Positions 53,861 to 64,000 of a stretch of DNA of 64,000 bases are shown piece by piece (the first letter of the stretch is position 1; every line of letters begins with the position of its first letter). Position numbers and translations under genes: made by a program. The stretch comes from Auanema rhodensis. Lineage: Eukaryota > Animalia > Nematoda. Under the pieces are notes generated by a model. That model was not told the DNA's origin, searched no databases, and saw only the letters and a program-made list of their open reading frames with translations. The stretch lies in contig OZ059897.1 of the NCBI GenBank assembly GCA_964057225.1, positions 5,332,001 through 5,396,000 on the forward strand, written 5' to 3'.

Positions 53861-56800
53861 TTTGACAACTTCCATTCTTGATTTTCTAATATGAATAATC
53901 TAAAATTGTTTGTAGCTTTATCTGAAAGTTTAAGACTAGCCCGTAAGGTCGGACCGGAAGGAAGTCCATGTGGGCTGGAGGGCTTCAATCTGTGTATGCG
54001 TAACTGACTAAAAGGACCAAAATTGAATCATAAACTGAATGAAAAACAAGAGTTATTTCTATCCATCACTTGACCACGTATTTTCATCTTGAAGCGAGTT
54101 TGAAAAGCTCAAAGAGACAACTTAAGGCTTAGAAGTTTTTTTCAAACAATTCGATTCATTTGAAACTCAAAGCGTTGGCTCTCAGCAACAGTTTCCTCAT
54201 CTGCGTTGAACCTTTCAACCTTCTTTTAAACTTCACATTGCTCACTTTATTCTATTTACTTTGGGCATTCATTCCAAAATTCATCGATAACCAGAATAAT
54301 TAAATTTTTGTTATCGATAAAGCTTTACCAAGTTCTTATATTTATATTTGGTAATACTTTATTGAATTTACCGAATATGAAATTTGGATAATTTTCTCTG
54401 ACGAATGAATTGTTGAAATTTAATAAAAGTTTCTATTTTTATTTTGACTATTTTGGCAATATGTACAAATATATATACATATATGATAATTTCATTTAGT
54501 ATAGTAAAACAGCATAACCATTTATCAATTCTTTGGGGTTATTTATCTTTCTCATCATACTATACATACTTTTATGTGATGTTTATGTGAAGAGCTATTT
54601 ATGCAAATGAAAAAGCTCATAGATTCCAAAGCCAGCTCACTATTACATCTACTTAATACTTATCCCTCTCTGTCTCCTTTCATCTTGTTAATTCCTTTCT
54701 CCACCCTCATACACTACCCTCTCTCCATCTATATGCTCTTTGTTTCTATCTACTAACTCTATATTTTGCTCGAATGGATACGCTACGGGTGCCTCATGTC
54801 TACTGCAACCCTTTTCATACCAGAGAGCCTGGGGGGGGGGGGAGGGAACTGGCTGCGATCAATATCTCCTTCTCAGGCCTCTCAACACATGTTGTAGCTC
54901 CATAGGGCAAAGCTATCCTTATGGCTCTCACACTTTGTTCGTTCCGTGTAAACTTTATGAAATAGCATTATCACACTTGTTTTCATCACCCAGTATGTGC
55001 AGAAATACTTCTTCTTTTACATATGTAAGGATTCTATATTCTTTTAGAGTCATTTGTTTGGCGAAAAATCTTTTAAGTATTTCATATACGAACCATATTA
55101 TTCCATGTGTCATACTATCTAGATGTATTCATTGTTGTATTCGAAAGTTCGTTTGTTCTTTCTCTCATCATATCAAGATATTCTTTGTTCTTTCTATTCT
55201 TCTGTTTATTTTATTCTTGAATCTCTTTTGGGTGTTTTTTTTGCTCACTCATCGTCTATTTCCAAATATTTCCCTCTTTTCATTTCTTATTTCTTCAGCT
55301 TTTCCAGAGAGCAAAACTTTTCGTTTTCTTTGCTATTCCTTATCACTATGGATTCCTTCAGTTAAATGTTCACATCTGAAAGTATTTTTTCGATTCTTTT
55401 GGAAAATATATTTTCTCAAATTTGCTTGCTAAGTCCTTCATTTGACATAGAATCATATACAGATTTCTTCTGCTTTCTCTATGCTCTTTCAATGTTATAT
55501 GGCAATGTATTTTCTTCTCAACCTGTATTTTCAACAGCAATTAGACCATGTTCATCTGCTACGATTTGACTAATACTTTCTTAGTAGCCTCACTAAACTA
55601 GAATAGTCGAAGTAAGAGATGCAAGTTGGTCAATTTTCTCACTTTACTTTCATTACGTTTTAGTGGAAAACAATAAATAAGCTCATTCTATGATTATGCT
55701 ATCATATCTTTAGTTATGAATGCTTTGATTTCTCTATCCACATTCTAATAAATATCTTCTTGTACTTGTTACATTCATATACACTCCCCTCTCGTCTCTT
55801 TTTATGACTCTCACTAGTTATGTTGAAATTGATTTTTTAAATTTTTTACAGTATTCATTTATAATTTATAATCATATCCCAATTATTATTCTTCTTAGTT
55901 GTACCGCTATTTTCATTATTTATTATTTTATTTTCTTCTAAATCTTTCATTTCATAAATAACATGTTCCTCTTCTCGTCTCTCCTATCTCCTTCATGCTT
56001 TTTCTACCTGTTAGGCTATATTATTCAAAGTTTGAACCGATTCCCTACTTTTGGTTCTAACTTATAGCCTCAGGGTTTAAAAAAAAACAGTATTGAGACT
56101 TATATGTCTGTCTGCGTGTCTGATGATTTTCTCATCGTTTACTTTCCTATCTGGTGTCTCACCTCTTCTATCTCTCTCCCTTGTTTGGGCGATTGGGATG
56201 TCATCATCGTCGTCGCTCTTCTGAACAATAACTCGCTGGCGATTAAACGAATGAACAGATTATTAAAGGTTAAAAATTGAAAATATTTCTTTTTTTCTTC
56301 AGAAACATTTGAGGTTTATTCTTTTTAAAGCACTGTATTTTGCACTTGCTTCATTCTCGAGAATTAGTATTTATTCGTTATAAGCTCTGACTATTCTTAT
56401 TGAGACTTCAGCTCTCACGAATAGCTAGAGAGAAAGAGAGAGAGGTAAGAACCAGCGAGAGAGAACAAAGAGGAAGAGCGGGAATTGAAAATAGAAAAGG
56501 AGATGCTTTGATTTGGTTGAAGAGACTGTCTACTTTCTCTCTCCCTCTCTCTCTATTTCTCTCTCTCTCTCTTTGGACTTGTTGCTTTTGTTCAAATATT
56601 GACTATGCAAATGCTTTGGTTATCTGACAGCTTCTTCTGCTGTAGTTTTTATCTAAATGTATTTTAATTTGAATCTGATTTGGTCATATGCGTTCGTTAC
56701 TGTTTATCCAAATAAATAAAATAGTTTTTTTATTATTAAGCGTTAAAGTTCGTATTAGGTTCTGACCATCTGTTTATCGTGTATTTATTGGATTATACCA

Positions 56801-59800
56801 TTTTAAGGCCATTTGTAATCTTTCCCAACAAAAGGCCTTGACGTATGCTCGGCTCTCAGTCTTGAGTCTGTTTCACTGCCTTATTTTCCGTTCCGTTTAC
56901 TTCATATCGTCAACTATCTTCTCGCTTGTTTATCCTTTTATTAATCCGACAGTTATCCAGCCGATCGAATTGTGATCCAAATCTGTCATTTCATATATTG
57001 CCTCCTTATCGCTATTCATAGCTTTGATATGTATTACTCATTGAATCGGAAACAATTGTCTTCATTCTCTTCATATGAACTTACTAACTTAAAGCTCCAG
57101 AATGTTGTCGTTTTTCTTCAATTTTGTACATTTCGTTGTTAAAACAAAATGTTCCGTTATAAATCTTGTTTCCAGATGGTTTTACAATTTGTATTTGATG
57201 CTGTAATTCATCTCAGATTTACATAGGAAACCCGTATTCTCACATTTTTGTGTTGCAATTCCTTTGGCTAGTTGCAATTTATGTTATTAATTCACCAAGT
57301 GATGCTAATTTTGAAAAGCTAATTAGAGACCAAATACGTTTTACAATACTAAAATTAAGAAATTTGTAATTATGCAATTGCCTTTTCCATACACAGTTAA
57401 GTAATTTTCCTTATTCGCATCTCTCGAAATCGAGAGAAATGAATTTCGGCCATCTTCTAATAAAATCGGAACGGTTGACCTATTTAACGCTGACTGAGAC
57501 GTAGCCAAGGCCTTTAGAAGGACCAACTCAGGCAGTTTTGGACGTCTTACATGTATATCTGTACTATCCTACTCACTAGTACTATTTATTTCTCATCTGT
57601 CCTCTACATTCTATCATTCTCCAACCGGCTGTCCTTTATTTTCATTGTCTCTCAATGTCTTTTTCTGCTTTGTTGTCCTCCCACACTTACTCTTCCTCTC
57701 TCTCTGTATCTTATCTATCCTCATTTCTGTCTGCCTGTCCGATTAACGCCATGCCAAATACAAAGCAGGAGACAACCTCTTATCTCACTGCTATGTGTGG
57801 TACACAAGACTGAAAATGTTGCCTGCTATCGAAAAATTATTTGGTATTGTTTGTGTCACCCAGTTCTGACTCACCTTGTCGATTCAATCCATCCAACACA
57901 TCTCCACAAGCCTTCTCATAATTGGTTTGTCTACATTGATTCATATAGTTTTACAGCTTTATATAACCTGAAATTCTTATTCTTAGGTATTATATTAACG
58001 TTTGAAAATTTATTTTATCTGTAGCTTATATATCTTCATTTTCTACGAAACAGTTGTTGTTAATTCAACATCATTGTGTTCCATTGAATGTGTGGTGTAT
58101 GTGTGAGTGTGTGTAAGTGTGTGTGTGTGTGCTAAGAATATCATTCAGTATTTTCCTTGTCTCGTAATCCATATGCAGTGAATCGTAAGAGACGCATCTA
58201 TATTCTGCACTATATATGACGATATTCACGCCTTCAATTTGTTTACTTTTCATTTTTCTTTCATTCAAACCTCTTCGTTCGTAATTACAGCTTCTACTAG
58301 TCTCGTGAGATTATCCGCTATTGTATTCTTTCCTGTGGTGAAATATCTACCAGTAGTTTTTCCTCACAGTTCTTCATAATTTCTATATATTATTCTACAA
58401 TTAATATTCTATTTATACCTAATATTTCGATAAATTAATTGCTTTCTCCAAATTTTTTTGCGACTTCAATTCTCACACTCGGGTTCAATGTTATTATTCG
58501 TATGCAACCATTCATCGCTCACTCACAGAGTGAAATGAATTTTTCACGTGAAGTAAGCGTTCATTTTCAAAACATTTCTTCTTTCCTAGTTTAACTTTTC
58601 TGATTTCAACTATTAATATTAATCTATGTATGTTGTGTATTATCAGAACTTATTGAGTAAATATACTTATCTCACATTATTATGACATTAAGATGAGCAG
58701 ATGTATTCTATATTTGGTTTGTAAACTTTAGTCCATCTTCTATTTCCTCTAAAGGCGCTGCAATCTTCATTGAGAAACTTCTTCACCTTTATAGATTTGT
58801 ATATACTTGTTGATCTTCTATGTATATTCTCATATCGTACATTATTCTTCTGTGATTTTATCCTTTAAGATTGCTTACCCTTTTCTCTCCTTCGCATATA
58901 CACTCCTCTATTCTCTTTTCTCTCTCAGTTTCCTTTTGCTTACAAATGTGTACCTGTGTAGGTTTTCGAAAGTAAACATTCTTAAATGACTTCAATTTAT
59001 AATATTAACTCCCTTTGCTCATTCATTTCCATTTTGTGTCCAATTACATTCAGTGTGTTGTCTTGCGTGTTTCATGACAATTTCATAATCTATCGTTCAT
59101 TTTTCTAAACTTTTACTTAATTTTAATATTTTTTCCCCGTTAATTTCGATTCTGAATATTACTTTTTATCCATAAAACTTTATTAAACTATTTGAATAGT
59201 TTTCCAACACGTCTTCAACTGTTTTTTATTCTTTTCTTTTGTTTCAATTAACTTAAAACTAATAATATTATCTGCTATTTAAAATCTGAATATGACTTCT
59301 TAAAACTAATCATATCCGGTTCTCAATCGCGTTGAAGTCGTCATATTCTCAGCATTAGGTGCCGTCCACGCTGGTGTATATACGTATGTATACTCTGTTA
59401 TTATAATAATATTGGATCCCATTCTTTTATTCCGAACTTCCTCACCTCATCTCTATTTCTCTTTCTTTTTCTCTCTGTGTCACAATTCAAAATGTTCTCT
59501 TCTCTCGCTTTATTCACACCTCTTTGCTGTCAATCAACTTGAGCGAGTTGTTAGGATTTTCATGCAAATGTTCAAATTCGTACAGTTTTACTTAGTTTAT
59601 TATATCATATTTTATAATATTAAATGGATATTTTCCATTAAAATGTTTAGATTCTTGTTGTAATTTATTGTTGTTATTTCAACTTTCATCTTTTTGCTCA
59701 TCTTTCAATCTATTATTTGTCCGCTTCATCTTCTCCTCTTTCCTCATTCACTTAGTACCTAGCCTCTCGTCTCTTCATTTTTTCATCTTGTCGTCAAACT

Positions 59801-60034
59801 GCTAGACTCTTCATAACATGTAAGTCATTCATGATATTTATCTTGAATTTATGTCATTATTTATCACATTTCACACCTACCACACTTGTTGTTTTCTGTT
59901 TTCAATCAGTCGTTCTCTTTTTTTAAAGTTTAAGCTTTTGCTACTGAATGCTTTTTTTGACCTTATCTCTTTTAATGTAATTCTAAGTTTTTTGCTTCTA
60001 ATATTCTCTATTTTTTTTAATTTTAGCATTAGCA

Positions 60035-61967
60035 ATGGCTGCTGCTCAAACTACTACAACTATTGAAACAGTGTCAGTTGTTCGGCCTTTAAAGGTGAGA
60101 GTTTTATACAAAAACTATTATTTTCTTACATTTGATCTTGTTGGTTATTGATTTGTACAATTCCCCTATTCACATTTTTCTTAAATTCTCCAGAATCCTT
60201 GAAAATACTAATTGAATAAGGTACTTTGGCTGTTTCCTCTCATCTGCAGGAGGTCCGTAAATTGACCTTGCCGTTTACATATTCTTCAATTAATCTTAAT
60301 ATTTTCCTCATGCTATTTACTATTTAATATTTTATCATAAAAATAAAAAAAACAGAAGTCAAATTACATAGAATTTGCAATTATTATTGATCATTTGAAT
60401 GTTTTAATTTAAAAATTCAAAAAATATATTCTGTTTATCAAAAAAATAATTGAAGAATTCATAAAATAAAAATAACTATATGCTATGTGTATTAGTTGCT
60501 AGGGTGGGGCTTGTGAACAAGAGCAATTTGTCAAAGTTTTTTCTGCTTTCTTCCAAGCAATAAGATTTTTTGATGGGGACAACTATTTTTCAATCATATA
60601 ATCATTATATCTTGGTCAATCATTATTGATTGATTTGCAAACTTATTACAAAACTTATCAAGCTTTATGTTTCATTCAATAAAATAATTTCAGGTTATTT
60701 CATTAATATGTTTGTGTATTGCTGTAGTTTTGGGAATAGTATCAGTTTGTTCTACATGGTGGCTAAGATCAGGTAAATTATTTTCAAAAATTACATAATA
60801 CATATATCTATCGTAAAGGATCATTCCGAACTGGATTGTTTTTGGAATGTACTTCATCTAGCGAACCAACCCAAGCTTCTCCCATTCCAAAAGGACCACT
60901 CCCAGGCAAATGCCATGCACCAGCTAGAGATTCCGGTAATTTTCAGATTTTCAATTTGAACTTTAATAAAAGCGATTTCAAAAATATTCTCGGTCCCCTT
61001 CGAAATAGCGCATAACGCTTTTACTTAAAAGAACCCGAACTAAATGATTAGTTTAGTTTATTGGTAATAGAAATTGTCCTTCTTCTCACTCAAGGTTATG
61101 AAGAATAATCTCGTATACTTCTAAACTTTTGAGGAAAAAACGAGATCTGTTTACTTTAATATATACTCTTGTATAGTATTTGTTAGAACTACTTTAGTAA
61201 AAAGGGTTAAAAACATGAACTTCAATGTCATAAAGCCTTGATCATTTGCGTACAAATTTCTTTTTACAAGATTCTTGAAATGTTTCTCTTCAAAAATTAT
61301 TTTAATTCTTTAGTATCTGTTCTAAGAAACCTGGTTGAATCAACAAATTTTTAAAATACTTGTAGAAAAAGTATGAAATTCTGTTCAAAAATCAATTAAA
61401 CTTAATTGACACAAAATGTGTAAATATAATTGAAATTAGTTTCTTATTTTTTTATTTTTTTTAGCTTATATCAAGGCTGTTGCGGCTTTGATGATCATTG
61501 CTCTTATTTTCACTGGTGTTGCTTTTTTCTTGAATATATGTGGTTTAAGTATGTCAGATATTCGACGAAAATATATTTTCTACAAGATCGCTACATATTT
61601 AGCCCTGTTTGCTGGTATATTTAATAAAATATTTGTTAAATACTCAATAAAATCTTTTTTTTAGTATTATTGGAATTAATTGCTCTTGTTCTCTTCCCAG
61701 CTGCATTTTATACTAAAATGAAGGATTATGGATCACGAAGAGATTGGGAGGTAAGAGATAGTTTTTCCTCCTAATAAAATTTAAAAAATTAATTTAAGTT
61801 CTATTTTTCATACTGTAATGTTTTAGGTGGATTGGTCATACGGCTTGGCGTGGGGTGCTACGCTTTTCACCTTTGGAGCTTCTTTGCTATTAATTTGCGA
61901 CAAAGAACATGAAGAAGTATATTACAAAGAGAAAACAATTTACAATCCACCCCCTGAGCTTCAATAA
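60035..61967 (+). CDS. vab-9: VAB-9 / TMEM47 (PMP22-claudin superfamily junction protein)
   Basis: Six exons: MAAAQTTTTIETVSVVRPLK|VISLICL...WWLRSG|SFRTGLFLEC...C...|YIKAVAALMI...|LLELIALVLFP...WE|VDWSYGLAWGA...DKEHEEVYYKEKTIYNPPPELQ*. Confidence 0.9.
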
Positions 61968-63642
61968 TTCCTTAATATCAAAAATTTTAATTTTCATCCA
62001 ATGATCTCGTTTTTTTTTGTTTTCAAATATTTTATTGAATAAGATATTTTGATCCTTTATCAGATAGACTAGACATAGTTTGTAAAGTCTAGCTAAAGAG
62101 TCGATTCGTTTAGTGAATTCATTCTTCTTTTTCTCCTTATAGCAAAAATTGTTTCTGTAAGAGTTGGCTAAGCTCTTATATATTCTTTTGAACGTACTGT
62201 TATCAGAATTCTTGCTATTCTGATGTTCTATCAGCGGGCAAATATTTCGGTTCAAAAACCTTGTTGCTCTTCCACTTTTTTTCAGTGCGATTCTGCTATT
62301 ACACGAGTACTTTTTTTTTCTTTGTTTTTTGAATCTGAATTTTTTTTTCAAACAAATATATTCATATATATTATTTTATAAGATGATTATTTGATTTTTA
62401 AAATCCATATACAGCCTATATCGGTGAAAAAAATACATTTACTGTATGTACATGATTAATTGTGATTTTACTATACCGCTGTTGTCTCTCTGTTTCCAGA
62501 TATGATAATAGAAATTTGAAGAATATGTATGGTTCCCTGTATTTTATTAATTTTCTTAAAGTTCATTTGAAATTAAATTTTTTTCATAAACGGAGATAGA
62601 AGTTATTGTTTCGGCGTTTATATGTATTTCTTTGAATGAGCATTTTTTGAAAAGAACACCAGAATGGCCTTCATTGGCCTCAATATTTCATAACAGATTT
62701 CGTACAATTAACCAATATTATTAAAAATATGTAAATAAACAATGATCAATTTATACAAAAAATATTCCAAAGATAGAACATTGAAATGTTACAAGCATAA
62801 CACACTTACATTCATTTTTTAAAATAATTTATATTCATATGAATAGAACAAGCATGAAAGTTAATAATAATTTGAATATTTTATAAATAAAATATAAAAA
62901 CACAATTCAATACAACTGTTAATGTTTTAAAATCTGAATAGTCTGACACAAGTAGTTTGTCCTTCTGATTCTTTCAACTCAATCAGATTATATGATACAG
63001 AGAAAATCCAAGAAAACTTCCATAAGCAATAAAGTAAATTTTCACACAACGTTTCTTTTCTTTGATTCTTAATTCATTCAGACAATGTTTGTTATCCTTG
63101 ATGATTTACTAGAAAAACTAGTACACAATCGGCTGTTGAATGAAATCTCATTTACATATGCCGTTGGTTAAATAGTGCCGCTGTTTCTGGATAACGGGTT
63201 AGGCCGGATCATATGAGCCTTCCAGTTTGAGAAAAGTTTTTCAGTTTGACTGCCACAGCGGGTCAATTTATTACAGTTCTAAAGGTCTTTTGGTAAATGA
63301 GACTAGGAGATAGGATTAACAAGTATTACGTGTGGCTAACCGGTACGATTTACCCCCTCAGGGCAATACCGCCTTTATGACAAAAACGGTAATAGTATGA
63401 AATTGAAAAGTACAATGTGGGGAGGAGTTGAAAGAAAAGAATAAAAAACGGAAAAAGACAACGAATAGAGAAGAGACGAAGAAGATGATCCGCCCACTGT
63501 TTCGTATGTGGCAGCTCAATTCTGCATTTTCTTTTTCTCTCTCTTGTATTAATTCGCTACCTCGCCGACTTCTATATATATATATATATATAATTGATAT
63601 TTTTAAAATTAAGAGTTTATAAGCTGAAATATAGAATTGATT

Positions 63643-64000
63643 ATGCATTATATTTCTTCGTATATAATGATATTTTGGATTTATTTGTTTATTGATACTG
63701 TATATGGCCAATTTGGTATTACTTACAGAGAACCTAGATTGGTATGTTTTAAAAATATAAATTTTCTTATTTTGATTTAATTATTTTAAAAAAATATATG
63801 AATATAGGAATGTTCTGCGGATGGTATAAAGCTACATATTGAGCCATTGGGATTATTTACTGGACATATATATGTTAAAGGCTATTTCCAATCTCGGTAA
63901 TTATTATTTTAGATATTTAGATATTAAATATTTTAATTATATTTGACTGAACTCTTATAGATCATGTCATCTGGATTATAGTCATCAACGATTATCCAGT
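63643..64000 (+). CDS. Cuticlin-like ZP-domain protein, 5' part (continues past the window)
   Basis: Exons 63643-63741, 63808-63896 and 63961 onward. Signal peptide MHYISSYIMIFWIYLFIDTVYG, then EPRL|ECSADGIKLHIEPLGLFTGHIYVKGYFQSR|SCHLDY, matching the cuticlin ZP-N pattern EP..EC....I......F.GH.YVKG....C. Confidence 0.85.

Noticed and set aside
54740-55569. 230-aa and neighbouring F/L/S/I-rich ORFs
   Set aside because: Non-ATG start, crosses a poly-G run, and the composition reflects T-rich non-coding DNA.
61890-63711. Minus-strand ORFs 61890-62351 and 63358-63711
   Set aside because: Antisense to the vab-9 3' end and the cuticlin 5' region, with no family motifs.

Overview
AT-rich eukaryotic DNA with very short introns (about 37-70 nt), TTTCAG-type acceptors and tightly packed co-oriented genes, consistent with a rhabditid-type nematode. 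The ORF track misses most genes because they are spliced, so I rebuilt the exon chains by hand. 1-6.4 kb is a nest of Maverick/Polinton ends: three related terminal-repeat copies around a 7-exon protein-primed DNA polymerase gene (OTU-like Cys/His pair, Zn fingers, ExoI/II) that is cut off exactly at another copy's terminus. Next come spermidine synthase (spds-1), an R3HDM4-like gene, a secreted Cys/Thr-rich protein, a 17-kb gene-free region, the Nkx6 homeobox gene cog-1 and a small 4-TM gene. A 4-gene operon-like cluster (YRDC, camt-1, CENP-S/MHF1-like, CARNMT1) is divergent from piga-1, followed by atg-10, vab-9 and the 5' end of a cuticlin. The most striking observation is in spds-1. It carries two duplicated, frame-locked mutually exclusive exons encoding alternative versions of the amine-acceptor part of the active site, and three UGCAUG (RBFOX) motifs surround one of them. 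One gene may therefore encode two different aminopropyltransferase activities. Gene identities come from motif recognition, not database searches.
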